A stretch of 64,000 bases of DNA from Chrysomallon squamiferum. Taxonomy: Eukaryota > Animalia > Mollusca. Positions 1-13,076 of this stretch are shown one piece after another. A program made the position numbers and the translations under genes. The notes under the pieces were generated by a model, which saw only the letters and a list, made by a program, of their open reading frames with translations, did no database searches and was not told where the DNA came from. The stretch is from contig CM022671.1 of NCBI GenBank assembly GCA_012295275.1, forward strand, positions 28,272,001-28,336,000, given 5' to 3'. The number at the start of each line of letters is the position of its first letter. Within the stretch, counting starts at the first letter, position 1.

Positions 1-1355
1 TTTTATTTTTGAACAACATATTGTTATCTTTCCAGATGTTTTGTTTTACTTTGAAAGAAGTAAATAATGGTATCAAAAATGTTTACCATATAAATATGTT
101 CATACCAAATGATAATTACTATTTGTTTCCATGACAGACAATATAAATAAAATAATATTATAGTATTATATTAGTGCCATTTTCTATCTTTGGAAGATTT
201 GTTGAGTCAGTATAAAAACATTTAAAATTAAAAATGTTATAAATATTTTTAAAATAATATGTTGGACCAAAGTTTTTATATACTATACTGCTATGGCCAT
301 ATTATTTTATGTACAAAAATTTCTTAGATATATTTTTTATTATTCCACTTGGTTCTAAAAAACATTTTATTAGGTGAACATTTTAATAAGCAGTTACTTG
401 CATCTAAATAAAAAATTAAACAATGAATTAAAAACTAAATACTTTACAAAAAACAACATTTCTGTGTTGTAGATAAAAAAATTTGAAAGATAGTTTCATT
501 TAAACTATTTATGACTGTTAAAATGGTGATTAAAATATATATTAAAAAATATTAATAAAAAGTCAAAGGAAGCAGTGCCCTAATTCTGCTTCATTATATA
601 TATAATGCTATATGTGATTAATTATTATTGCTAAAATTATTTAAATGAAAAACTGAAACAATTATTACACGAGAAAACATGTAACTAAAACAAAAAATTA
701 AAGATTAAAAATTTACATAAACATTACACAAGTGAATCACAGAAATCAAAATCTGTCAGTGGGATATATACTCTGTGTGTCAAAGATTTAATTATTTTCA
801 TCTTTATTAGGTATGTTCCTTGTATTATGTCATAATTATCACTACCAACCTCTAGTGTATATTAAAGCTGTGGTTTTTGTAATCAGCAATGTCTTTTTAC
901 TTTAATATTCAGTAGCTGCAAATATTTAAATTCTGATTGAGAAATTGATTTTATTTTATTTTATCTTCTATAATTTCATTTAGGAAAAAAAAAAAAAAAA
1001 CCCAACAAACTTTTAATATAAAACACAATTTATGGAGTATATATATATCTTTTTGCGGAATGCTTGTAAAATATTTGATATAAAGCAGTCATATCACTAT
1101 TTGGGAAAAATAGTCTTTTCCATTTAATAATTTTAAAATATTTCTCGAGACAATATTATGAGGGATTTTTGGTTTGGCAGTGTATTTTTAATTTTCAGAG
1201 AAATGTAATTATCTTAAATAAGCAAAGTGTATGGTAAACAAATTCTTAACATTATTAAACTTAGTGAAATAAATTATTCTTGTATGTATAAAAATGTTCA
1301 TAATTTAGCAAATTAAATTCAGTGAAAATAGTGAAATTTATGCAGCCAGAAAATC

Positions 1356-3434
1356 TTAAATTTGTGAATTTGGTAGCAGAGCTGTTCTAGAGGAACATAG
1401 CTGTGGATTAGTAGGTTGATACAAGTTTTCCAAAGGAATCTGTGAAGCAGGATCTCCTTTTTCAATTGGAGGTTCACAGTATCCTTTTCTCTTACGAAAT
1501 CTTTTTAGAAATATGATGATGAAGCACAGCACTATGGTTGCCCCAACCACCGTACTTACACCAGCAATAATTTTTGATGTGGTGATGGTAGTAATACCTT
1601 TTTTAATGGTCATCTCATGTTCGGTGGTAATGTTTAAACAATGGACGATATATTCTTGCATGTACACTATGCATATTTCATATGTGGTGAGAGGCTTTAG
1701 TCCTCCTATGGTACATCTGTGTATGGCACTACTGAGATACAGTATTTGTGAATTGCTTTTGCTGCTTTCACGATAATGAAGCTGAAAGTCTTGTAAATGA
1801 AGCCGTGGTATTGAACCTCTCCATTCAACAGTTATAAAATTTTGTGAAATTGTAACAGGAACAATCTTAAGATCTTTTTGCATGACATGTAGTCTGGCTG
1901 AACTTACATCATAGCCCATTTGATTCCATGCTTCACAGCCGTATGTCCCTTCATCTGACTGCCTTATTCCACTCAGGAAAATTGCTGTTTCATCTAAAAG
2001 AACAACACGTTTGTTTTCCAAAGAAGAATTGAGAACCTTTCCTTTTGGTAAAAGCCAGTTCAACTGAGGCTCTGGAACACCAATAGCCTGGCACTCAAGA
2101 TAAAGATCATCACCGATGGTAAGATTAAGACTGTCAGAAAACAGTGCCAGTGTGGTTGGTGAACAGAGAGGTGGGATGTTCTCCACTGGAATTTGCCTAA
2201 GTGGTACTTGAAATTGACTTGTTGGTGTATCACACAGAAGTTTATCTGAAGACTTTATGTAGTTTTCACTAATGTTGGCTTCTGCAAACATAATAAGTTC
2301 TTGTTTAATCCAGTAGATATTGCAGTCACAATGCAAAGGATTATTGTACAAATGAAGTTCTTTTAAATGATTAAAACTGTCCTTGACAGCCATAGGTAGT
2401 GCCATAAGAGCATTGTTATGAAGAAAGAGCTCGTGAATATGAGATGTGTTTATAAATGAATTTGGATGAATGAAAATCAGTTTTTTGTTGTCATGAATTT
2501 GTAATGTCAACAATCTTGGCAAGTTAGTAAAAGCACCTTTTTCAATAACTCTAAGATATGGTTGGAAGCTCACTGATATTTCTGTAATATTAGAGTTGCT
2601 AAAAGCATTGGTTTCAATTCTTTTGAAATTGTTAAAGTCCAGCAGCAAAATGTTCAGATCTGGAATATCCATTATACTTGTTGGAACTGTTTTAAGATTA
2701 TTGTCAGATAAATTAAGGAACTTTAAGGCTTGAAGACCTTGGAAACCTTCTGAATGAATTTTTGTTATTGTGTTAGCTGATAGGTCAAGATGAACAAGAT
2801 TAGATAATGAATCAAATACTTGTTTATCAATAGAATATAGACGATTTCCTGCTAATTCAAGTCTAGAAAGAGAAGAAATGGAGAGCAGCCATATTCTTTT
2901 TAAATCCCTCAAAAAGTTGTGATTCAGATAAAGTTCTTGAAGATGGTTTAAACCTCCAAAAGCATGAATTTCAATTTTTTGTAAGGCATTGTTTGAAAGT
3001 TCCAAAACATCTAGATATTTCAGACCACTAAAACTGCCATGTAACAGAACACTTATTGCATTACCATTGAGATACAAGTGCTGAAGACTTCCAGTATTTT
3101 CATAAATTCTTTGGTTATCCAAGAAGCGAATTCTGTTGTATGACAAATCAAGAATTTTTAGGTGGGGCAAGTGTGGAAGATTTGATAAATTTTGAAACAT
3201 ATTCTGGGATAAAAGTAATGCCTCTGTATGTATTGGAATATCTGATGGAAATTCCCTTAATCCTTTGTTGCTGCAGTTAACTGTTTGCAGGTGATTGTCA
3301 AATGAGCCAAATGTTGTTTTTGAACATATGCAACTCTGTGGACATGTAGAACTGATTGGTTGATTTTGTGTTACATCAACACCACATGAGGTAGACAAGA
3401 GGAAAAAAACAAGCATAAAACCCTCTAGGCTCAT
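1356..3434 (-). CDS. LRRN1: Leucine-rich repeat neuronal protein (LRRN1/2/3 family), 692 aa, single coding exon, type I membrane protein
   Basis: Signal peptide (MSLEGFMLVFFLLSTSCG), LRRNT (CPQSCICS..VNCS), ~12 LRRs, LRRCT (NNPLHCDC..C..C), Ig domain (LECQAIGVPEPQLNW..DEGTYGCEAWN), FN3 (ITVEW..LKPLTTYEICI), TM (IIAGVSTVVGATIVLCFIIIFL). The tail motif SQIPLENLYQP resembles LRRN1 SSIPLNELYPP. The paralogue number is not resolvable. Confidence 0.88.
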   Translation of the reverse strand: MSLEGFMLVFFLLSTSCGVDVTQNQPISSTCPQSCICSKTTFGSFDNHLQTVNCSNKGLREFPSDIPIHTEALLLSQNMFQNLSNLPHLPHLKILDLSYNRIRFLDNQRIYENTGSLQHLYLNGNAISVLLHGSFSGLKYLDVLELSNNALQKIEIHAFGGLNHLQELYLNHNFLRDLKRIWLLSISSLSRLELAGNRLYSIDKQVFDSLSNLVHLDLSANTITKIHSEGFQGLQALKFLNLSDNNLKTVPTSIMDIPDLNILLLDFNNFKRIETNAFSNSNITEISVSFQPYLRVIEKGAFTNLPRLLTLQIHDNKKLIFIHPNSFINTSHIHELFLHNNALMALPMAVKDSFNHLKELHLYNNPLHCDCNIYWIKQELIMFAEANISENYIKSSDKLLCDTPTSQFQVPLRQIPVENIPPLCSPTTLALFSDSLNLTIGDDLYLECQAIGVPEPQLNWLLPKGKVLNSSLENKRVVLLDETAIFLSGIRQSDEGTYGCEAWNQMGYDVSSARLHVMQKDLKIVPVTISQNFITVEWRGSIPRLHLQDFQLHYRESSKSNSQILYLSSAIHRCTIGGLKPLTTYEICIVYMQEYIVHCLNITTEHEMTIKKGITTITTSKIIAGVSTVVGATIVLCFIIIFLKRFRKRKGYCEPPIEKGDPASQIPLENLYQPTNPQLCSSRTALLPNSQI

Positions 3435-3892
3435 GCTGTTAAAATGATCATTTTATTCTTCATCAGAATTAGTTTTGTAGCTTTCACTTTCTCTGTGTTC
3501 TTGCACACATTTTCTGGTCAGATATCAAACCATGATGATGGTTTAACTTTCAAAATAGTATTTCTTAAATATTATTTATTCATCTAGGACAATGAAAAGG
3601 TAATTTCCTTTTGGAAGATCCACAACTGCTTGTTGGATGTTCCTCTCTGTTTAAAATCTTGCCCTTCCATCTGTCACATTCACCACATTGCTGTTTCTGT
3701 TGACATGTAGTGATTTACTTTATACTGAAGTTAAGAAGTTTCAGAATACTTATTTTAATGTTCATTTACTTGACTGTTTTTGTTAAAGATATGCTTCCAA
3801 ACCAATCCTAGATAATGATGACAGAATATTCTTTTTGGTCAGTTTTTGTTTTGATTACAGATTTAACCAAGAGTTTCTTTGATGATCTTTAT
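3435..3892 (-). other. 5' UTR portion of the LRRN terminal exon (splice acceptor at 3893-3894)
   Basis: On the minus strand a long polypyrimidine tract (plus-strand A-run ~3897-3920) ends in TTCCAG|ATAAAG, 458 nt upstream of the ATG. Vertebrate LRRN genes likewise carry the whole CDS in the last exon after non-coding exons. Confidence 0.6.
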
Positions 3893-6050
3893 CTGGAAAA
3901 AAAAAAAAAGAAAAAAAAAAGATGTAAATAAAAGGCAATAAATGAACACATTTTTATTTATATAAAATACTGTAGCAGTGCAGATAAGTAAATAAAAACA
4001 GTAAAAGAACAAGCCATAAAAAAAAGTAAATAATCAAAATATATGTATAATAAAAATAAAAACAAGTGGTAAAATAAGATAATGTGATATTTAGTTCTCA
4101 CAACATTTAATAAAAACTCAAACCATAATATTTAGACATTATTCGCATCTTTATCTTTAAAAAACCCCAAACAAACAAACAAACAAAACAAACAATATAA
4201 AGAACAAAAACAAAACAAAACAAAACCCTTTAAATATGCATGAATTAATATATCCTATGAATTATAATAACCTACATAGAATAATTTGTAATTATGGTAA
4301 TACATTCTCAAATAAAAAATATTATTTTTTAAAATGATGAAAAACAGAATAGTAAATAACAATATGCAGCAGATATTATTTATGAATAATATTACATTTC
4401 ACTCACAAAGTTAAAAAGCTGTTATCCTTGGTTGTATTCATTGTTTTGTTTTACAGTTCTTATAAAGACACCATACCAATATAACTGAAATTTAGTTTGT
4501 TGTTATCATCACAGGAAAGTAGCAGGTGTTTTGTAAAACTAACTTCATGTAAACACAATTGATTGAACTTAATGGACATGTTTTCTTACAATTGTCTATC
4601 ACTGATAACTGAAATGCATATGTTATTGTTTGGCTTAAAGCAAACAGATTACAAAGTATTTAAACAGTAAGATTAATGATCTGTTGTTTTTGTCTTGATA
4701 GTAAGATTGAGTGTTATATTTATGTGATTTGTGAATGCCCCTGTAATTTCAAAGGTTTGTGAATTATTTTGTTATCACAATGACACACTTAATCTACATT
4801 TAAAGAAAAGTACCAGTAAGTTTATTTATCAGTATTCAGTTAAAATGGAAAGATAATAATTAATTAAACAACAGAGGTGCAAGGATATTCATCATGATGT
4901 CAAAAAAAAAATATAATGTTACTTAAAAATTGTCTAAAGTGCTCCTGTGATGATTTGTTATGGATTTACTTAAATAATATAATGTACAATACGGAAGTTT
5001 AATATAAATTATTTATAAAAAAAAGATGGTGTTGGTTGTAGTCTAGAACCATTTGAATCAAAACAAGACAGAAAATGATCATGTGTAGTCATTGTTTTCA
5101 GTTTACGTTATACTTCCATTAACTGATACAAGAAGACAGGCATAACATATCTGACTACTGAAGCATAAATTTTTGTTTTAAATGTCTTGATTAATACCAT
5201 TATTGATTTATTGCAACAATAAATCACAACTTACAGCAGATTGCTCTAATCAGAGGTGACATGGTGCAGATATTATTGTTCAGTTTATTTCTTATTTTAT
5301 GCACTTGGCATCTTTTATTAATTCTTCCACCTGTTATTTAATTTTTACATTATTTTATATAAATACAAATGTATTTGGTAATAGTATTAACTGTATGTTC
5401 TTTTATATTAACATTAATCGAATACCTGGCTATGTATAATACAGATTACATAACAAAAAATGTGAATATTTCATTTTGATGATCATATTCCTGTTTGTTT
5501 TTTTTAAATGAATATTTCATTTTGAATATTATATTCCTTTCTTATTTTTTTTTAAATATCTAGTTTGTAATTTTTAAGCCTATATATTCTGCTTTGCATC
5601 TGTGTAATATTCTAATAATTTTAATAGCATCTGTTTGAAGACTTGTTAAAATAATATTGTGTAACAAATTTTAGCAGCAGTTCGTTAATACTGAATGAAA
5701 TAAGTATTAAATAGATTTCAGTAGGTAAACAAATAATATAATATATAGATATTAAAAAAACTGATTTATTATTATTTCAGTTTATTGGAAATTTTACTGT
5801 CTCCCTAATATACATATTATTTTACTTTTTCTCTTTCAGTTTATAACTGCTTTACATTATTTATAGATTTTTGATTGGAGCCCTATAGCTCTGGAGAGTT
5901 ACATGCTTTGTGTACATGAACTCACACTTGAAATATTTATAACAAAATAATTAAAAACAATAAAAGAACACTCCAGGCATGTTTTATTTATTTTTTCACA
6001 TAGACTTGATCACCGAATTATTCATATTTTTAGAAAATAAATAAATTTAT

Positions 6051-6057
6051 AAATAAA

Positions 6058-6133
<76 letters not shown>
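6051..6133. repeat. Compound (AAAT)n(AAT)n microsatellite
   Basis: Directly visible. Confidence 0.95.
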
Positions 6134-6136
<3 letters not shown>

Positions 6137-6997
6137 TTAATCCACTGGAAAGAATATCTGGGCATGCATGTGGTTTTTGATAATGAAGATATTAATATAT
6201 TTCCAGACTGACTAAAATTTTGACAAACGTCATAAAAATAACATTTTTTAAAAACAAAACAGTGTGTGTGTTGTTTCAGAAGATGCATGCATAATTAGAA
6301 CTGACTGGTAAACTAAAATGTCTACTGCAGAATTTAATAAAATATTTATAAATAATCTAATGCTCACTCAGTTCAGAGTGCATATGCACGCTTTACTATC
6401 AGTTTACTATCGTAGTAAACAGCTGGTGTTAATAGCTGGTTGTGTGTAAAACTGACCTACATTCCATTATTTACTGTTAATAACAGTGTGTCAGACTGAA
6501 AACTAGAATAAGCATAAGGGATTTTAAAACATTTGTTTAGATAATTTAGTTGCTATAGTCACATTAATTGTTTTTGTATTATACAAAGATGATTTCCCCC
6601 TCCCATTATAAAAAAAAAAAAAATATGTTGGTGTAAAGCTTTAATAGTGTTCATATAAAAAATTATAATTCAGAAAACTTAAAATTAGCACACAGTGTAT
6701 ATACATGAAGAATAAATCCAAAATTCTGAGACCATCCTTTTATTAAAGCTTGGCTATTTATTTGTTTATAAACATTGGAGTATTCTTAAAATGAATTAAA
6801 AAACCATTGCACCAAATGACGTATCCACCAATTTACAACCAGTTCAGTGTGAAGCATAGTTCTTTTTAAATTGTTGGTCCAGTTTTTAGCAACATGCACT
6901 TGTCAAATGTTTAGTTACCATATTTTATAAACATTGCACTTACTTCTGGGTTTTTTGTTTATTTGTTTGGTTATTTAGTCTATAAAGATAGAGGTTA

Positions 6998-7055
<58 letters not shown>
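6998..7055. repeat. (AAT)n microsatellite
   Basis: Directly visible. Confidence 0.95.
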
Positions 7056-7056
<1 letters not shown>

Positions 7057-9203
7057 AAAACAAATAACAAATCAAATAAAAACAAATAAGATTTAAAAAA
7101 TGAGATAAAATACCATACCTTTTCGGGAAATGTTTGCCACCTTAATGATAATAATGTTTCAGTTTTCTGTTGGTTAAAGTGTTCTCTTTATATATATATA
7201 TAAAATAATGATATATTATTTAATAGTAATGAAGACTGAATATATATAACGAACTACATTTCCATTTTGTATAATATAATCTGTTTTGCTGTAGTAATGT
7301 TGTTGTTTTTTTATGTTTTTTTTAATGTATTTTTTTTAAGAATACATTTTAGGTTTAGCAGCAACATACAGATAATTAAAATAAAACATCATTTAGCATA
7401 TAGGTTGTTGTTTTCTATATATATCTGGAACAACCAGTAGCAGAACTGAATTCTTTACATTTTTGTTGTATTGTTATTCCCAGTAAATAAAGCAACAGAT
7501 TGCTTAATGCTTTAGAAATGTAACGACATTAAATTGTTGATATTTATAGTTTTAATAGTTATTTTGTAATCTGTTATATATATATATATATTTTATGATA
7601 ACAATTAATTGATAGAATATATTCATCTGTTAATTTTTATTTATTAAATATTTATTGGTTAGTAAAATAACTTGTTGATTTTTGTGAGATGAAAAATGGC
7701 CTATAGATTTACAGTGTTAGGTGGTGCAATTACTTGTCTGTCAACTAGCTGTTAATAGTAAGATGTGAAAAACAACTAAAACCACAAAAAAAAAAAAAAA
7801 AAAAAATTAAATAAATAAATAAAAATAACTAAACTAAACTAAACTAATAATTCTGTTACACAAAATAGGGGTTTTGCCATTTTCATGTTATGAATTGATC
7901 AGTTCTATAAGTTCTCATGTACAATTACAAAAAAAAAAAAAAAAAAAAAAAAAACCCAACAACATATGATCAAGGCCCTATCTACAATATGTCACATGAT
8001 CATGATGTAATATTAAAACAGTAGCTGTTTGTGAAATGCTGAATTATGCAGAAATGTTTACATTCTGTTTTATTCAAATGGTATGATTTCATGAAGGGCA
8101 GAGATTTCATGATAAGGCAGGCACATGATCTTAAAATAAACCTGTGGATTACCTGTAAAAAATGTAAACATGTTCCAGTTTTTCTTTAATAATGGTGATC
8201 CCGAAGATACCAGGGGCTTTGTTCTTTTTGTTACTAGGCAACAAAAATGGCCCTTAATTCAGACACTTTTCTGCAGTTTTTATAGTATTTTGCCAGAAGT
8301 ATTGTATTCAAATAATGTAAACAGAGGTTATTTCACATCAGACCAGCTGTGCTTTATGGAAGAAATAATCTGTCACCATAAACTGTTTGATAAACATAAT
8401 AAATTTATTATATTGCTGTGCCACATATTGTAAAAGATTTAGTTCTATCTAGGCAAGATACATTGGTTCTGTTGAAAACCGACCTAGTTAAATTGTCAGT
8501 TGTGAAATAGAATATACAATTTTAACATGAAAGAAGAATAAAATGTGATTATGTTTCATTAACAAATTTGCTTAAACTGATTTTAAAAAAAAAAAATTTA
8601 ATAGTATAAGTAAATTCATTACAAGGAATGGATGTAAACATATTTTTAATATTTTTAATTTTAGAAAATTTATGCTTAAAGCATGTTATCTTTGGCTATA
8701 TTGATCAATACTGATGTTAAAATATAAACACTGTTAAGAAACACTAATTACAATCTGTTTAAATCATGACTGAAAATTATTAACAAATTAATAGATTTTA
8801 TTATTATTATTTTTTTTTTTTATTCACTTCTCATCTGCAAAATTGTAAATACCCATCAAACAAATCAAAAACAATTCCAAAGATATAGATGAATATAAAA
8901 TTCAGTTGAGAAATTTTCAGAAATAAGTCACTAAAATAATACTGTTTATACAGGAATACAGTTTCTGTTAGTGATCACACATTATAATTTGAAATCTAAT
9001 TAGCAGTGAAATAGATTTACACAACACAGTAATCCTGAAATCATTAATTCTTTTTATATGAATCATGCAGCAATATTTTTTGAATACGTGCTTTGACATC
9101 ACAAGTAATAGCATGGTATTAAATTCATAAACTGACTGTTATCAAGATATTTACTCCTTAAATACATTAAACTTATTCAATTGTTATGTGTTTAGATACT
9201 AAC

Positions 9204-9549
9204 CTTAAGATAGTTCTAGCACTGTTCCAACAAAATGGATCAGCATTGATTGTGAACTTCTTAGATAACTTAGTTTGTGTCAGTATTAGATAAGCTGTCC
9301 GAATGACCCATACTCAATAGGGATAGACAGACATTAAAGATTTTATTAAGATTTCTCTGCCTTGTCTTTCCTATTATGAGACCTGAACGATAACAGGAAT
9401 TCTGCAAATGGTCTTCGAGCCTCTGATGCCAAATGGGAGTTAGATGATTTGTTTTCTTCATTGTCAATTACTGATATTGATTTACAAATGACATCCCAAC
9501 TTCAGTATCCAAAATCCAATTTGATGGCTTTTTAGCAGGTCGAAGCAAG
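9204..9549 (-). other. Putative non-coding 5' UTR exon of the LRRN gene
   Basis: Minus-strand acceptor TTTTATTGCAG| at 9550 and donor AAG|GTTAGT at 9203. The block is less AT-rich than its flanks. No transcript evidence. Confidence 0.35.
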
Positions 9550-10026
9550 CTGCAATAAAATGAATTTTTTCAACACAAAGAAAAAAAAAAAAGAGAAGTG
9601 AAATGGAAATTCACTTAGGGGAATATGCAGACTAGATGCATTTCCTAGGGGATGTAGCTAAATTAGTTCAAGGGACTATACTAATCTTAAAACAGATTGT
9701 GAAATGTTATGATTGAAGTTGTATCATATTGAAACACATACAAATATTGTGTTATTGTCTGTTATTTCATATTTAGACCATTGCTTTCTGACTGGTGCTT
9801 TTCTAATGAGATTTGTACCTTGCTTTCATTTGTCTACGTTCTAGAATGCTCTTCAGGAGAATATTTCTGGCTTTTTCTATCCATTCACTGTTGGTACCTA
9901 CATTGCAGTTAGTACTGTGAAGTATATATACAAAACAAAGTGAAACATAACCTTTTGAAATTAATTACATTTCAAATAGATATATAGTAAATATATTCTT
10001 AGCTTATTTTTGTGTGTGTATATATA

Positions 10027-10117
10027 ATGTCAGTAACCTAATAACTAAATTATTGTCAGATTTGTCTACATTATGCCAGTAACCTAATAACTAAACCATT
10101 GTCAGATTTGTCTACAT
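10027..10117. repeat. 46-bp tandem duplication, 2 copies
   Basis: CAGTAACCTAATAACTAAA..ATTGTCAGATTTGTCTACAT at 10031 and 10077. Confidence 0.9.
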
Positions 10118-13028
10118 ATAAACAATGTGCTTCCTTTTAGCTGTAAAAGCTTATTACAACTTTACTTAATTAGAATAAATCAATTATTGTTTGCACTTTT
10201 GCAGGTTATAGTGACATATACAGCTAGAAAATGGTATATTGTTGACCAAATCAATGGCGTTATTGAAGGAGTTTCAATTCATGAACTGATCTTTACTCAA
10301 GTGATGCTAGATCTGTTTTCACAGGCAGAAATTGAACATTTCATCACAAGAATTCTGGTCATGTATTCATCATGGTAGTGCTTTTAGAAAATTACCTTCT
10401 TTATGTAAATGCTAACAATAATGGTAATCAGTATTCAGCTGTCAGCGTTTCAGGAAGTTTTTGTTGGTCTGAACAGAAATCAATTTTTTTTTTTCATTTT
10501 ACTTTGCATTTTCAGAATGTTTCTCAGAATGTAAATATTTTGAAAATACCTGAAAAGATTTTAATTACTGATTTATTTTTAAATATTTGAATTTTGAGGT
10601 CATATTATATACTACCAAATTAATGTTATTTGATCTCTTGTTTGTCTCATCTGAATGGTCTGTTTCACAGTTTATGTGTTATGATTTCACTTACCTTTTT
10701 TTATGAGAATGTCAGTTAAAACTGTACAGTGGATTTATTTCAAATGTAGTTTTTGAATTATTAGCTTTTATGATATATTTTAATGTTAATGGAATACCAG
10801 AAATATGTTCTTATTACCTTCTTAAAATTCCAGTAAGTCTGTTTTAACTCATTGTATTATCAAGATGTATTATAACAACAAAATTATTTTGACTGTAATT
10901 TTAACTTGACCTTTTTAAAAAGTTGCAAATAACAAATTATCTAATTTATCTAAGTTCTGTAAATAGCTTCTTTACTTGACAGCTTTGAAGCAAATCAGCA
11001 GAGAAATACAGCTTCTTGAAGCTTGATTATCTAAATAGCATCACTGATCCTTTGTCAGATACCACCTGTAAATTTGAAAACTCTAAGTCATAGTTCATCT
11101 GTGATGATGATTTTGCAACAGATGCAGCCACATAGATACAATCTTACACTTTTACATGATAACATTATCACAGATATTAAAGTTACATTCCAGTTGTTTA
11201 AGTCTGGAAACTTAATATTATAGATGATTTTAATATGTTGATATATACTGAGGAATAATTAAATTTGAAGGTAAATCAGAACAATAACTACACTTTTATA
11301 AATAGCATATTTCTTTCTGGAATTATTTAAAAACATTTTCTTATTAATATTGTCATTAACTATATGAAATAAATAAATAAATAAATAAATAAATAAATAG
11401 TAGTAATTAAAACAAGTAAATAGTTAAAACTTAAATTATTTAGTTATTTTCATATTCAACATACTAAGGTTATAAAGTATCAGATTATAGCATTTTATTT
11501 ACTATTTTTTATTTTATTTAGGTTTTTGCAAGTTACACCTAGAACTAGGACAAAATGTAGTTATCTAATTATTTTGATATCTAATACTTTTGCTGTTGTT
11601 AAAATAAAAATGAGTTAAGAAACACTGACTGTTAAGTATGATCAGTTATAATGGAAGACAATTATAAAATGTTTTTTCTTCTTTTTTTTAAACTTTTTTA
11701 TTTAATACTTGAAATACATGATTCAAAATAATTTGTTGTAAAGGACAGAAAGGGAGATATATACTACTTTTTATATTTTTCTTGGGTACTTTGTATACTA
11801 ATTTTGATCAACGTTATACATTACTGCATTGATTATTCTTTGGAGCAAAATCTAATATGACCAGACAGACACTTATTCTGAAGGCTACCCCATGAAGTAA
11901 TCTACTTGACATTTGCTGTTTACAACTGACTGACTTTTCATTAACCATAAAAGTGGAGCCATCAGAATGTTCTGCTTCTGCATACTAATATGTTTGTTGG
12001 ATTCCATTATTTGCTCCTTTACTAACCATGAAATATCTCTAAAGGATGGGATTTACTTGATCAACGTATAATTATACAGGCTTAATTTGTTAATGATGCT
12101 TAATGTAAAAAAAAAATAGTTTGAAATCTATCTTGATTTCTTTGCTAACTGAAATTAAAATAGACATAAATTTTAGCATTTTTTTGTTGAGAAACAAGTA
12201 GAAAACAGAAAAATATTCATTTCTGAAGTTTGATCACATTAAATAATTTGAATACAGATCAAGATAAATAAAATTAATAAAAAAGAAAAGAAAAAAAGTC
12301 TCTTTTAACATCAATTTTCTGAATCTAAGAACTGATAAATGAAAATAATATATTTCAAGTACTGATATTTAGTATTTTTTACCATTTATTTACAAGAAAC
12401 TATTAAATAATAAATGTTTCTGTAAAATTTGCTAATTGTATGTAGCATTTCTTTGGTTCAAATTGTACTTCAGATGTTTACTACAATGTTTGTTTTGGTG
12501 CAAGAAAACTATGCAAAACATGATATTTGGCAGTGTTTCAAAAGTAGGCTTGCTCAGATGCTGCACATCCTCACTGACTCTTTGGGAATGTTTTCAACCT
12601 GTCATTCAGAGATCTAACAAAATGTCTTATATTTTTATTACTAAGAGTTGCTGCGCCTCCCTGCTAACTCTTAGATCTTGTAGTTTTGATGATTACCTTT
12701 GGCAGTAACCAAGATTCCATGAACAGTGATAGGAACTGATTGTTGTTTCAATCAGTCAAGCAGAAACCATAAAGCCTGAAGTAAAGTATGCATGACAAAT
12801 ATCATTGCAAGTGTATTGTTGAGAAAATGGATAACTCAAGTTAAAATGAATACTCAGCCTAAAGATTAGACTTCTTGGTAGAAGAATGCATATTCAGAAC
12901 ATCTGTAAAGATTGTTTAAAAAGAAAAAAAAGAAAAAAAAAGGTATTATATACAAAAATCAATGAGAATGCTTAGATCATGTATATATAGTGACTGTGGA
13001 GGAATACCGAATCTAATAATTTGAAAAA

Positions 13029-13030
<2 letters not shown>

Positions 13031-13074
<44 letters not shown>
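13031..13074. repeat. (GT)n microsatellite
   Basis: Directly visible. Confidence 0.95.

Positions 13075-13076
<2 letters not shown>

Noticed and set aside
1513-1776. 87-aa plus-strand ORF
   Set aside because: Antisense shadow of the LRRN CDS.
5236-5285. Plus-strand IRGDMVQ, resembling the RGDIV motif of IMMP2L exon 3
   Set aside because: In-frame TGA at 5204, no similarity to the rest of exon 3, and no donor at the required phase-2 position.
6022-6288. Poly-Tyr ORF, and similar poly-F, HT/CV and poly-L ORFs elsewhere
   Set aside because: Translations of microsatellites and homopolymer runs.
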